A stretch of 64,000 bases of DNA from Eledone cirrhosa (Eukaryota): positions 316,572,001 through 316,636,000 of the forward strand of contig OZ024741.1 of assembly GCA_964016885.1 (NCBI GenBank), written 5' to 3'. Below the pieces are notes generated by a model. The model did no database searches. It had not been told where the DNA came from and saw nothing but the letters and a program-made list of their open reading frames with translations. The first letter of the stretch is position 1. Each line of letters begins with the position of its first letter. Shown one piece after another: positions 36,536 to 51,114 of the stretch. The translations under genes were made by a program, and so were the position numbers.

Positions 36536-39500
36536 CTACCACTACCACCACTACCACCACTACCACCACTACTACTACTACCACCACTACTACCACTACC
36601 ACCACTACCACCACTACCACCACTACTACCACTACCACCACTACCACCACTACCACCACTACTACCACTACCACCACTACTACCACTACCACCACTACTA
36701 CTACTACCACCACTACCACCACTACTACCACTACCACCACTACCACCACTACCACCACTACTACCACTACCACCACTACCACCACTACCACCACTACTAC
36801 CACTACCACCACTACTACCACTACCACCACTACCACCACTACCACCACTACCACCACTACCACCACTACTACCACTACCACCACTACCACCACTACTACC
36901 ACTACTACCACTACCACCACTACTACCACTACCACCACTACTACCACTACCACCACTACCACCACTACTACCACTACCACCACTACTACCACTACTACAA
37001 CTACCACCACTACCACCACTACTACCACTACCACCACTACCACCACTACCACTACTACCACTACCACCACTACTACCACTACCACCACTACCACCACTAC
37101 CACCACTACCACTACTACCACTACCACCACTACTACCACTACCACCACTACCACCACTACCACCACTACCACCACTACCACCACTACTACCACTACCACC
37201 ACTACCACCACTACTACCACTACTACCACTACCACCACTACTACCACTACCACCACTACTACCACTACCACCACTACCACCACTACTACCACTACCACCA
37301 CTACCACCACTACTACCACTACTACAACTACCACCACTACCACCACTACTACCACTACCACCACTACCACCACTACCACTACTACCACTACCACCACTAC
37401 TACCACTACCACCACTACCACCACTACCACCACTACCACCACTACTAGCACTACCACCACTACCACCACTACCACCACTACCACCACTACTACCACCACT
37501 ACCACTACCACCACTACCACCACTACCACCACTACTACCACCACTACCACCACTACCACCACTACCACCACTACCACCACTACCACCACTACCACCACTA
37601 CTACCACTACCACCACTACCACCACTACTACCACTACCACCACTACCACCACTACTACCACTACCACCACTACCACCACTACTACCACTACCACCACTAC
37701 TACCACTACCACCACTACCACCACTACTACCACTACCACCACTACCACCACTACCACCACTACTACCACTACCACCACTACCACCACTACTACCACTACC
37801 ACCACTACTACCACTACCACCACTACTACCACTACCACCACTACCACCACTACTACCACTACCACCACTACCACCACTACTACCACTACCACCACTACCA
37901 CCACTACTACCACTACCACCACTACCACCACTACCACCACTACCACCACTACTACCACTACCACCACTACCACAAGTACCACCACTACCACCACTACCAC
38001 CACTACCACCACTACTACCACTACTACACCACTACCACGAGTACCACCACTACTACCACTACTACCACTACCACCACTACCACAAGTACCACCACTACCA
38101 CCACTACTACCACTACCACTACTACACCACTACCACGAGTACCACCACTACTACCACTACTACCACTACCACCACTACCACCACTACCACCACTACTACC
38201 ACTACAACCACTACTACCACTACCACCACTACCACCACTACTACCACTACCACCACTACTACCACTACCACCACTACCACCACTACTACCACTACCACCA
38301 CTACCACCACTACCACTACTACCACTACCACCACTACCACCACTACCACCACTACTAGCACTACCACCACTACCACCACTACCACCACTACCACCACTAC
38401 CACCACTACCACCACTACTACCACTACTACCACTACCACCACTACCACCACTACCACCACTACTACTACTACCACCACTACCACCACTACTACCACTACC
38501 ACCACTAATACCACTACCACCACTACCACAAGTACCACCACTACCACCACTACTACCACTACCACCACTACCACCACAACCACCACAACCACCACTACCT
38601 CCACTACCACCACTACCACCACTACCACCACTACTACCACTACCACCACTACCACCACTACCACCACTACCACCACTACCACCACTACCACCACTACTAC
38701 CACTACCACCACTACCACCACTACTACCACTACCACCACTACCACCACTACTACCACTACCACCACTACTACCACTACTACCACTACCACCACTACCACC
38801 ACTACCACCACTACTACCACCACTACCACCACTACCACGAGTACCACCACTACTACCACTACCACCACTACCACCACTACCACCACCACTACCACCACTA
38901 CCACCACTACCACCACTACCACCACTACCACCACTACCACCACTACTACCACCACTACACCACTACCACGAGTACCACCACTACTACCACTACTACCACT
39001 ACCACCACTACTACCACTACCACCACTACCACCACTACCACCACTACTACCACCACTACCACCACTACCACCACTACCACCACTACCACCACTACTACCA
39101 CCACTACACCACTACCACGAGTACCACCCTTACTACCACTACTACCACTACCACCACTACTACCACTACCACCACTACCACCACTACCACCACTACTACC
39201 ACCACTACCACCACTACCACCACTACTACCACTACTACACCACTACCACGAGTACCACCACTACTACCACTACTACCACTACCACCACTACCACAAGTAC
39301 CACCACTACCACCACTACTACCACTACCACTACTACACCACTACCACGAGTACCACCACTACTACCACTACTACCACTACCACCACTACCACCACTACCA
39401 CCACTACTACCACTACTACCACTACTACAACTACCACCACTACCACCACTACTACCACTACCACCACTACTACCACTACCACCACTACCACCACTACTAC

Positions 39501-39990
39501 CACTACCACCACTACCACCACTACCACTACTACCACTACCACCACTACCACCACTACCACCACTACTAGCACTACCACCACTACCACCACTACCACCACT
39601 ACCACCACTACCACCACTACTACCACTACTACCACTACCACCACTACCACCACTACCACCACTACTACTACTACCACCACTACCACCACTACTACCACTA
39701 CCACCACTACTACCACTACCACCATTACCACAAGTACCACCACTACCACCACTACTACCACTACCACCACTACCACCACAACCACCACAACCACCACTAC
39801 CACCACTACCACCACTACCACCACTACCACCACTACTACCACTACCACCACTACCACAAGTACCACCACTACCACCACTACTACCACTAACACCACTACC
39901 ACCACTACCACAAGTACCACCACTACCACCACTACTACCACTACCACCACTACCACCACTACCACCACTACCACCACTACCACCACTACC
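36536..39990. repeat. 3.45-kb (ACC/ACT)n satellite with higher-order variant units
   Basis: Direct inspection; recurring variants acacc, acgagt, acaagt and actagc. Confidence 0.97.
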
Positions 39991-40800
39991 AGGTGGGTAG
40001 GTAGGTAGGTAGGTGGGTAAATAGGTAGGTAGGTGGATAGGTAGGTAGGTAGGTAGGTAGGTAGGTGGATAGGTAGGTAGGTAGGTAGGTAGGTAGATGG
40101 ATAGGTAGGTAGGTAGGTGTAGGTAGGTAGGTAGGTAGGTTGGTAGGTGGAGGTAGGTAGGTAGGTGGATAGGTAGGTAGGTAGGTAGGTGGATAGGTAG
40201 GTAGGTAGGTGGAGGTAGGTAGGTGTAGGTAGGTAGGTGGAGGTAGGTAGGTAGGTAGGTAGGTTGGTAGGTAGGTAGGTAGGTAGGTGGATAGGTAGGT
40301 AGGTAGGTGGAGGTAGGTAGGTAGGTGGATAGGTAGGTAGGTAGGTGGAGGTAGGTAGGTAGGTGGATAGGTAGGTAGGTAGGTGGAGGTAGGTAGGTAG
40401 GTGGATAGGTAGGTAGGTAGGTGGATAGGTAGGTGGAGGTAGGTAGGTAGGTAGGTAGGTGGAGGTAGGTAGGTAGGTGGAGGTAGGTAGGTAGGTGGAG
40501 GTAGGTAGGTAGGTGGATAGGTAGGTAGGTGGATAGGTAGGTAGGTAGGTGGATAGGTAGGAGGGTAGGTAAGAAGATAGGTAGGTAGGTGGATAGGTAG
40601 GTAGGTAAGTAGATAGGTAGGTAGGTAGGTAGGTGGATAGGTAGGTAGGTAAGTAGATAGGTAGGTAGGTGGATAGGTAGGTAGGTAGGTAGGTGGATAG
40701 GTAGGTAGGTAGGTAGGTAAGTAGGTAGGTGGATAGGTAGGTAGGTAGGTAAGTAGATAGGTAGGTAGGTAGGTAGGTAGGTAGGTAGGTAGGTAAGTAG
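39991..40800. repeat. 0.8-kb (TAGG)n tetranucleotide satellite
   Basis: Direct inspection. Confidence 0.97.
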
Positions 40801-40805
40801 ATAAC

Positions 40806-43176
40806 TTTCTTTTTATTTGTCACCAGGGCATCAAAAGTGGGACAAGTACAAAGGGGGGAGTTTACATAACAAGGCGTCCTCAATATGGAGGAAGCAATAA
40901 CAAAGTATAAAAATAAAATACAATATAAACAAAATAAATTTTATAACAAAATCCTCCATAGGGAGGAGACGCCTTAGGGGGTCACACACACCCCTGAAAA
41001 AAGTGTGCAACCCTTCTCCTCGGGAGCACAGAGAGGGGGTGCTCCCTTGATCTTTCCTCTTCCTCACCTATAGTCTGATGTAGAATGAAGGCCCATTCAC
41101 ACGGGCCATTCTCGCCACTTTCACCCATCTTTCATAAAAACGGCTGGGGTGCAGCACCTCTCTCTCCATCCTGATCCTTCTTCCGAAATGATATCGGAAG
41201 AAACGGACCAGTTGTTGGCCAGAGAGAAAGGTGTCTGACCTCAGTCCTTTCAGACGCGTCCACCATACAACCTCTTTCGCCATGCTATTATGCACAGAAA
41301 CACCGCCTCTCCTTCGTTTTTGAAGAAGGGGGGGGGGGGGGGGGGGCTTGATCGTTACAATAGACTAGGTGGTCAACCGGATCGGTCCCACCCTTGACAG
41401 CAGTTGTTCGACATAGCCCCACAGATCGGCAATGCCCGAGCAGTGTACCAATGCGTGTGCAACGGTTTCCTCGTCGCACACGCATCTGGGACAGATCTTT
41501 TTCGAGGAGTCCCTACCCGGGCGCCCGTGTCTGTAGAGCCTTTCTCGAACGGGCAGAGCCCTTCGGTAGCACTGCCAGGCCAGGGACCTCTGGAAGTTAT
41601 CCATGGGTCCCGGGCTGAATGTCCTACCGAACAGGTTCGCCAGTTCGTCTTCCTCCATGTCTAGGGCTTCTCCAAGGGCGTCGTCGCACCTGCTAACCAC
41701 CAGCCCTCTATAGAATGACGAGGTGGATTCTCCACTGACAGCCGGGTCCGCCTGCCAGAGAGCCGTGAGCGCCTGGGCACACTCGGTGTGCCAGGCGCCC
41801 AGTTTTCTCGGTCTTTGCTTGACCCAGGATTGCAGCTCGGTGAGTGAGACGAGTCTGGGAAAGGCTCGCCTCACAAACGGGGCCCACACCGGTTGACCGG
41901 TGAGGAATACCTGGAGGTGCCGTAGCCTTAATGCGTGTTTACGTATCATTAGCCACGGCATCCCCAGCCCTCCTTTCGAAGGGTGTTGACAGCAGATGGA
42001 TCTCCTCACCATAGGAGCCCGCTTCTTCCAAAGGAATTGGAAGAGTGCGCGCTCCATTTTGGCGAGCGTTTCCCTTGGACAAGGCACAACGGTCAGGCGG
42101 TAGTAGATGACGGACGCTATATAAGTGTTCGCCACCTCCGCCCGATCTTTCAGGGACAGTTTGCACTCGGCCCACTTCTGGGTCAGTGCAAACACCCTGT
42201 TCGTTACCTCACCCCAGTTCTTCTCCACCTGGAGGTCTGGTCCGAACCAGACCCCGAGCAACTTCACCAGCCAGTGCCCGACGACGCCATCGGAGGGCAT
42301 CGATCTGCCCCTCCACGTGCCGAGTTGCAGACCGATCGACTTGTCCCGGTTCAGCTTAGCCCCTGTAAACCTTTCGTACTCCTCCAGTAAGGTGCCGATC
42401 GCCCCGATTTCCGAGGCCGTCGACACCATTACTGCTACGTCGTCGGGTAGGCCGACACCGCTTTCCGCAATCCCGGTTCCAACGGGATGCCCTGCAACAA
42501 CTCCAACTTCCGCAGCAGTGGCTCTAGAGTCATTACATACAGAAGGGAGGAGAGAGGGCACCCTTGTCGGATGGACCGCGTGATTTCGAACGGCTCCGAG
42601 AGGTAGCCGTTCACCTTGACCCTAGAGCAGATGCGGCTGCTGTGCATGGCATTGATCCAGCCCCTGAAAACGGGTCCGAAGCCTGCCGCTGCTAGCACTG
42701 CATCCAGGTAACCATGGTCGACCCTATCGAACGTCTTAGATTGATCCAAGTTGATCAGGGCCCCACCAAAGCCGGGTTCGTTCCCAACCCTCTCTATGAT
42801 GTATCGCATGAGGTTGAGGTTGTCGTTGATGGACCTGGACGGGATAGCACATGTCTGCGCATCTCCCACCAGGTTGCCCACGACAAGCGCCAACCTCTTT
42901 GCTAGCACCTTGGCCAAAATCTGTAACTCTGTATTTAGCAGAGTTATGGGCCTGAAATTATTTATATCGTCCCCCTTGTTCTCGTCCTTCCTCACTAGCG
43001 TGACTACGCCCTTGGTCACAGCACAGGGAATTCTCCCGTTCTCTTGCCAGTTGCAGTAGACCGCCTCGAGGAGATCGGGGAACAAGTCCGGCATAGCTAG
43101 ATACAGTTCATATGGAAGACCATCGAGACCCGGGGATTTGCGTTTGCCGCATTGGCTTAGCACGTCCTCTATCTCA
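40806..43176 (-). mobile_element. 5'-truncated L1/Tx1-clade LINE (ORF2 RT plus C-terminal CCHC), frameshifted
   Basis: KSPGLDGLP..FRPITLLN..NLDQSKTFDRVDH..IRQGCPLS; YADD broken by a 1-nt deletion near 42445; KLLGVWF, GGLG, CPRC..EETVAHALVHC. G-run frameshift near 41330. Confidence 0.95.
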
Positions 43177-43274
43177 AGGTAGGTGGTTAAGTAGATTACT
43201 ATTTACACACACACACACACACACAACTATACATACATAACACATATAGAAGACAATGTAAAAAGACAACCACA

Positions 43275-43410
43275 ATAATTGTTTCTACTTTTGGCACATG
43301 ACTAGCAATTATCCCAGTGTATTACTGGTACTTTATTTTATCGACACCGTAAGGATGAAAGGCAAAGTTAACTTCGGCGGGATTTGAACTCAGAATGGCA
43401 AGGGCCGTAA
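43275..43410 (-). mobile_element. SINE family A
   Basis: Core match. Confidence 0.8.
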
Positions 43411-43800
43411 AAACAACAACAATAATGGTCTAGAAACAGAACAATGAAAGGTACTACATTTGGTCAACAGTAACAACAACAACAACAAAAGCAACAACAA
43501 CAGCAATGATATAGAAACAGAACAATGCCAGGTACCACATTTGGTCAACAGTAACAACAACAACAACAACAAAGCAACAGCAATGATGTAGAAAGATACA
43601 GCAATGCCAGGTACCACATTTGGTCAACAGTAACAACAACAACAACAAAGCAACAGCAATGATGTAGAAACATACAGCAATGCCAGGTACCATATTTGGT
43701 CAACAGTAACAACAACAACAACAACAACAACAATGATGTAGAAACATACAGCAATGCCAGGTACCACATCAGGTCAACAATAACAACAACAACAATAATG
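43410..43800. repeat. ~65-70-bp minisatellite (aatgatgtagaaacatacagcaatgccaggtaccacatttggtcaacagt + (AAC)n), 5 copies plus partial
   Basis: Direct inspection. Confidence 0.9.
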
Positions 43801-43974
43801 CACAAACAAAAGCCCTATCGTAGAGTATGCTTGTCGTACTTGGGTTCTCAAACCCTCCATGCCAACCCACAATAAACTACAAAACTACAAAATAAACCAT
43901 ACCATGCAATACAAATCATAACAGGTTGTAGATAGAGCACACGAGATGATCATATGGACAACGGACAACATGTT

Positions 43975-44150
43975 TTATGGCATAGAGTTATGGCCCTTTA
44001 CGATCTGAGTTCAAATGCTGCCGAGGTTAGCTTTGCCGTTCATCCTTATGGGGCCGATAAAATAAAGCACCAGTAATGCACTGTGGTCGATTTAGTCGAC
44101 TTCCTCTTCCTCCCAAAATTGTTGGCTTTGTGCCTAAATCAGAAACCAAT
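43975..44150 (+). mobile_element. SINE family A
   Basis: ctgagttcaaatgctgccgaggttagctttgccgttcatcc core. Confidence 0.8.
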
Positions 44151-44347
44151 ATATGTATATATACTAAAATTGAAAGGCCACTTGAATATGCGAGGGGAAG
44201 GGTTTGTTTTGTTTGTTTGCGTCTACACCTCTGTTTTAGGTCTTGTAACGTCAGACCTGCCAACCTCTAAAAACCCAAACGGGGAAGTATCATGACAAAA
44301 GTTACCCCAAACAGGGAGAAATGAGGCAAAATGGGAATATTTTACAC

Positions 44348-44528
44348 AATTGTTTCTACTTTTGGCACAAGTGCAAAAATTATTCCAGTGTATTACTGGT
44401 ACTTTATTTTATTGACCACGTAAGGATGGAAGGCAAAGTTAACATCGGTGGTATTTGAACTCAGAACATAAAGGGCCATAACTCCTATGCTGCAAAGCAT
44501 GGTGTCTGACACTCTACCGATACTGCCA
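44348..44528 (-). mobile_element. SINE family A
   Basis: Core match; inverted relative to the 43975 copy. Confidence 0.8.
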
Positions 44529-45013
44529 AACATAATGAAAACTATACCCATTTTCACTAGAGAAAACATCTGTCACCCACCTCAAAGTGGATGGGAGATC
44601 TCCCCGTTGGATGAGGAGAGTTGGCAGGTCTGTTGTAACGTAGCCGTTCGACAAATAAAGGGCGATGGAATAATTAACTTACTTAAAACAAAAAAAATAA
44701 GCACTGGGATCGATACGTTGAACGTCTTCGAAGACAGTGCTGCAGCATGGCCACAGTCCAGTAACTGAATACAACAAAACAGTAGATTATTGGATGACGT
44801 AATACTATAACTGTAAAAACAGAATGGATGGACACGAGTGAAAAGCTTTTGATCATAGATCAACTTGAAAGTTTAGCTTGGGCTAAATGGCACCACTACC
44901 ATCAAATACAAAAGCAACAAGCCTTACATTAGAAAGGACAACAGTCATCACCACTATCACTATCATCATCATCATCAATCATCATCATCATCACTATCAG
45001 CATCATCATCACT

Positions 45014-45044
<31 letters not shown>

Positions 45045-45189
45045 CCACCACCATCATCACCACCATCATCATCATCATCATCATCATCAATCATAAGTCA
45101 AGCAGAAGAGATGCAAAAAAAAACTTTAAAAAAAAACAAGTAAAACTGCCTCATCAACAATAACATTGCCAGAACAACTAGATTTATGG

Positions 45190-46903
45190 AGGTGATGGTG
45201 GAGGTGGTGGTGGTGATGATGGTGGTGGTGGTGGTGGTGCTGGTGGAGGTGATGATAGTGGTGGTGGTCATGTTTGTAGTGGTGATGGTGGTAGTGGTGA
45301 GAGGTGGTGGTGGTAATGTTTGTAGTGGTGACGATGATAGTGGTGGTGGAGGTGATGGTGGTGGTGGTGGTAACGTTTGTAGTGGTGATGGTGGTGGTGG
45401 TAATATTTGTAGTGGTGGTGGGAAGTGACGATGGTGGTGGGGATGGTGGTTGCTGTGATGATAGTGATGGCGTTTAATGCTGACTGTTGATGGTGGTCGT
45501 CGTGGTTGTAGTGCGTGATGGCAGTGGTGGTGATGGTAGTGGTGGGGGGGGTGATAGTGGGGGGGGTGGGGGGTATTGCTGATGGTGGTGGTGGTGATGG
45601 TGGTAGTGGTGGTGGTGATGTTGGTGGTGGTGGTGTTGGTTTTGGTGGTGGTGGTGGTGTTGGTTTTGGTGGTGGTTGTGGTGGTGGTGTTGATGGTGGT
45701 AGTGGTGGTGGTGGTGGTGGTGATGATGGTAGTGGTGGTGGTGATGGTGGTGGTGATGGTGGTATTGGTTTTGGTGGTGGTGGTGGTGGTGGTGGTGGTG
45801 GTGGTGGTGTTAATGGTGGTAGTGGTGGTGGTGGTGGTAGTGGTGGTGGTGGTGATGGTAGTGGTGGTGGTGGTGGTGGTGGTGGTGGTGATGTGGTGGT
45901 GGTGGTGGTGTTGGTTTTGGTGGTGGTGGTGGTGGTGGTGGTGATGGTGGTAGTGGTGGTGGTGGTGGTGGTGGTGGTGATGTGGTGGTGGTGGTGGTGG
46001 TGGTGGTGATGGTAGCGGTGGTGGTGGTGGTGGTGGTGATATCGGTGTTGTGGTATTGGAGGTAGTGGTGCTGTGCCTGCCTGCCTGTTTAACTGGCACG
46101 GACTAAATGGTAAATGTGAAATGTCATGCCGCCCTTGACATCTTTGAGTTATAGAGCGGTGGTAGTGGTGGCGGTGGTGGTAGTGATGGTGGTGGTAGTG
46201 GCGGTGATGGTGATGGTAGTGGTGGTGGAAGCGGTGTCGGTGGAGGTAGTGATGGTAGTGGTAGTAGTGGTGGTGGTGGAAGTGGTGGCGGTGGAGGTAG
46301 TGATGGTAGTGGTAGTAGTGGTGGGGGTGGGGGGGTAGTGGGGGTGGGGGGTAGTGATGGTGGTGGTAGTGGCGGTGGTGATGGTGGTGGTTGTGGTATT
46401 AGTGGTGGTGTTGGTGAAAGTGGTTGTGGTGGTAGTGGTGGTGGTGGCGGTGGAGTTAGTGGTGGTAGTGGTAGTAGAGGTGGTGGTGGTAGTGGTGGTA
46501 GTGGTGGTGGTGGTAGTGGTGGTAGTAGTGGTAGTGTTGGGTGTTGGTGGAAATGCTGGCGGTGGAGGTAGTGGTGGTTGTGGTAGTAGTGGTGGTGGTT
46601 GTGGTGGTAGTGGTGGTAGTGGTAGTAGGGGTGGTGGTGGTAGTGGTGGTAGTGGTAGTAATGGTAGTAGTGGTGGCAGTGGTGGCGGTGGTGTTAGTGG
46701 TGGTTGCGGTAGTGGTGGTAGTGATGGTAGTGGTGGCAGTGGTAGTAGTGGTGTCGGCGGTGGTGTTGGTGGCGTGATGCGGTCCTGGTGATGTTATCTG
46801 TAGTTGGTCGTGGTGGTTGTGGTGGTTGTCGTGGTGATGGTGGTATTGCCTGCTGCTCGTATGTGGTGGTTGTGGTTGTGATAGTGCTATAGTTTATGTT
46901 AGC

Positions 46904-46937
<34 letters not shown>

Positions 46938-47670
46938 TAAATGGCGGTGGTTTGGATGGTGACGGTAGTGCTATTTCATCTCAAAGGTAGTGGATATGTA
47001 AACTGGTAGTGATGGTTGTGGTGGTGCTGTATGTTCGTGTTAGAGATAATGATGTAGACGTGGCGATGGTGGTGGTGGTGGCATTGTTTATCGTGTCAGT
47101 GGTAGTGGTAGGGATGTAAACAGTGGTGTAATGGTAGTGGTAGTGGTGCAGTTGGTAGTGGTTGTGTGGGTGTTGTCGATAGTGGTGGTGGTGGGTGTGG
47201 TGGTGCAGTTGGTCGTTGTGGTGTGTAGTTGGTGGTGGTGGTGGTGTGTACTTGCTGGTGGTGGTGTGTAGTTGGTGGTGGTGGTGTGCAGTTGGTGGTG
47301 GTGGTGCAGGTGGTAGTGCTGGTGTGCAGTTGGTGGTGGTGGTGCAGGTGGTAGTGCTGGTGTGCAGTTGGTGGTGGTGGTGGTGTGTACTTGCTGGTGG
47401 TGGTGTGTACTTGCTGGTGGTGGTGTGTACTTGTTGGTGGTGGTGTGTAGTTGGTGGTGGTCGTGTGCAGTTGGTGGTGGTGGTGTGTAGTTGGTGGTGG
47501 TGGTGTGTAGTTGGTGGTGGTGGTGGTGCAGTTGGTGGTGGTGGTGTGTAGTTGGTGGTGGTGGTGCAGTTGGTAGTTGTGATGTTTAGTTGGTGGTGGT
47601 GGGGGTGGTCGTCGTCGTCGTCGTGGGTGTGGTGGGTAGAATTATTAGTGGTGATGGTGGTGGTGGTGGG
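45190..47670. repeat. (GGT/AGT/GAT)n low-complexity region with local minisatellite units
   Basis: Direct inspection. Confidence 0.9.
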
Positions 47671-47769
47671 GACATCACTGGTTTCTGTATTTACAAGATA
47701 TATGTGGTAGTGATCATAAGTATGTGGCTATAAGATGTAGTTTGATAGATACATGCACCCATGTTGTAA

Positions 47770-48040
47770 CGGCACGTGGCATAGTGGTTAGAATGTTCAG
47801 CAACTGTAAGACTGTGAGTCCAATTCCGAACGCCGCGTTGTGTCCTCGAGCAAGACACTTTATTTTATGTTGCTTTCAGCCATACGGCTGATAAAAATGA
47901 GTTGTAGCTGTAGTTTGAAGGTTCAGCCATGTCACGCCGAATCTTCCTGATAATTACGCCAAGGTCTCAGATGGCTGAGGAATACTCAACCACTTGCGCG
48001 TTAATTTCACAAACAGGGTGTTCCATTGTTCAACAACGAA
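47770..48040 (+). mobile_element. SINE family C
   Basis: tggcatagtggttaga A-box; gtgtcctcgagcaagacactttatttt core. Confidence 0.75.
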
Positions 48041-48359
48041 CGCTAACAAAGATACCGGGTGTACCGCGGGTGCTATGTAGAAAAAGTTTTCGTTTGTTTA
48101 TTATTTATTTTGTTTAATTTTTTTTTTTTGTTACACATAAATAATTTAATTTATGGTTAGATAATAGACGGTCATTGAAGGGACTGGGGATGAATTCTAG
48201 CGTATTATAGCATGGGTTGGACGGGGTGTCACGGTCCGAAACCAGACGGGTCAAGGTGACCTCATCTTATTCATACACCTTTTGATCTGGCGGAACGGCA
48301 AGAGCATGGTGAGAAGTTAGGTAGAGTATACTGCTTGTTTCACATTATCTACGCACATT

Positions 48360-48510
48360 TACGGTCTGAGTTCAAATCCCGCCGAGGTTAACTTTGCCTT
48401 TCATCCTTACGGGGTCGATAAAATAAAGTACCAGTTACGCACTGAGGTTGATTTAATCGATTTTCCCCTCCCTCCAAATTGCTGGACTTGTATCTATATA
48501 AGAAACCATT
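48360..48510 (+). mobile_element. SINE family A
   Basis: Core match. Confidence 0.8.
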
Positions 48511-48536
48511 ATCTCCAGTTAGAGCCGGCGCTAAAG

Positions 48537-48660
48537 CTGTCGTGGAAAACTGTGGCACGCGGGCCATATGTGGTCCTTTTAGACTTCTGAATGGCACGCC
48601 TAATTTCAAAATTGACTTGAATTTTAAGTAGTGCGGCCCGCCTTATGATGCCATCCACTG
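48537..48660. mobile_element. Decayed hAT-type MITE
   Basis: gcgggccatatgtggtcc and gcggcccgc subterminal motifs; ends ..ccactg. Confidence 0.4.
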
Positions 48661-49139
48661 CTCCAAAACATGCTGCCAATAGCTGCGCTAAAGCATCGGT
48701 AATTAATATTTTTTCCAGTTCACTAGACTCTGATTTGCCTTCATCGATGAATGCGGTCGCTGTCCAGGAATATCGGTGGGGCTATTGTTAAATGGTCGGA
48801 TTTAACATTCTCTATAATATATGTTCTGGCTCTGTGTGTTCTAAGTTTAAATCCTGAATGGTTGGAAATAACAGATCTGTGCTCTTCCATTATATATAAG
48901 ACTATAGATGTTTGTGTGTGTATATATATACACACACGTGTGTGCGCAATCATGGGAGTATTCAAGGCATGGGATGATACAGAGTCAGTATAGAGATATG
49001 TAAAAGCCGAAACCACTTGACGCCGCGGTCAGGATTTTACATATATCTTTCTCTCTCTCCCCCATCACTCTCTTTCTCTCTCTCTTTCTTTCTCTCTCTC
49101 TCTCTTCTCTCTCTATATATATATATTTATATATATATA

Positions 49140-49193
<54 letters not shown>

Positions 49194-49259
49194 TGTGTGT
49201 GTGCGTGTGAGTGTGTGTCTATATGTCTATATGTCTATATGCCTATATATATATATATT

Positions 49260-49336
<77 letters not shown>

Positions 49337-49593
49337 CAGAAGGAGTAATGGAGGGAGGCAGAGAACAAGAGAGGCATACATGCACGACTTCATAAAACTC
49401 CATAACATTTGTCCTTTAAATTACACGGCATACTTGATGAAATTATGTAATTTACGCGTCGACAAGCTGCAATGGTGGGAGTAGGGGAAGCTCATGGAAT
49501 AGCTTGTGGAAAAGGTCAGGGTGATTTTATAGCTGAAGGATTTGGTAGTAAGCCATGTGGGTAAGTAGATAGGGATGGTTGTGTGCATGTGTT

Positions 49594-49660
<67 letters not shown>

Positions 49661-49751
49661 ACGACCGATTGAGAGGGAGGGAGAGAGTGAGGGAAAGAGA
49701 TAGATAGATAGACCGATAGAGAGAGAGAGAGAAGGGTGAGAGGGTGAGGGG

Positions 49752-49874
<123 letters not shown>

Positions 49875-50221
49875 CATGTATGTAGGTACAGGTTGTGAGT
49901 TGATAGGATGTAATGGCTGAATTTGGATGTTGTTTAACACCAGGTCATCCCTAATCCCAAAGACCTATAATCAAAGTTGTTCCATCTGTGGCCAAGGCGG
50001 CTTTTATTCAGACATTAGTATTCAATATTCTATATACAGCTTGCCTTACGGGATATTCATCCCATAAGCTGTCGACAAGAGAATTTAATACATTCCGACT
50101 ATATCCAAATTATAATGATGTTGTCAGTCCAACGTCAGCCACGATCTAATGGATTTATGATTAGATGTATTATTTCTACGACTGCACCATCCAATGTATA
50201 CATCCACTCTGGAATGGAATG

Positions 50222-50500
50222 AACCTTCGTCGGTTTTGATCAGCGTTCCAGTCGATAGAATAACCAGCTCATGAAATTAACGTATAAATAGCTGAGTATT
50301 CTACAGGCACGTGCACCCTTCACGTAGTTGTCAGGGAGATTCATCTTAACATACAATTTGTGACAAAGCTAGCCATTTGAATCATAGTTACAATTTATTT
50401 TTTCTTCAGCTCAGTGGACCGGAGTAATGGGAAATAGTATCTAACTTTAAGACAAAATACGACGTTAAGAATTGAACTCGCGACTTCACGAACTGTTGAG
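50222..50500 (-). mobile_element. SINE family C
   Basis: Homology to 15905-16160. Confidence 0.7.
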
Positions 50501-50731
50501 GCCTTATTAGAAGATATAACATTGAAATTGGAAAATAGTTGTCTTCAACAACACATGTACATACATTCCTTATGTTTAAATTATTTGAGGTTGTGTATAT
50601 ACCTAAAGAACGATATTTTATCGACCCTTCAGTGATATGTATAAGATATTCTATATATATATTTACTTCTCTGAATAAGATATTTAAAATATCTCTTTTC
50701 ATTGAGATGTTATGTATATTCGTGACAAATT

Positions 50732-50875
<144 letters not shown>

Positions 50876-51069
50876 TGTGTGTGTGTCTGCGTGTATACAT
50901 ATATTCATTTCATTCAGGCTGAATAGTGAGTCTTGTTACTCTGGAGATTTGCCTGTGGTAAACAGGCGAAATTCTAGAATAACAAGACTAACTATTCAGA
51001 TTTAAGAAAATAAATATTAAAGCTCTACTTCGGTGTTGAGTACTCCTTTTTCTCAGCTGTCAATCACAT

Positions 51070-51114
<45 letters not shown>

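Noticed and set aside
36536-39990. Possible mucin-like poly-Thr exon
   Set aside because: Recurrent 1-nt indels break the frame, and there is almost no residue diversity.
39991-40800. Interstitial telomere
   Set aside because: The unit is TAGG, not TTAGGG or TTAGG.
43410-43800. CRISPR-like repeat/spacer appearance
   Set aside because: The 'spacers' are just variable (AAC)n, the context is eukaryotic, and there are no cas genes.
48042-48340. Minus-strand Helitron-like end (ctaacaaagataccgggtgtaccgcggg)
   Set aside because: CTAG and hairpin are degenerate and no 5' end was found; not supportable.
49471-49566. ATG-initiated short exon ending at GG|GTAAGT
   Set aside because: Good donor, but the 30-codon peptide has no recognisable homology and could arise by chance.
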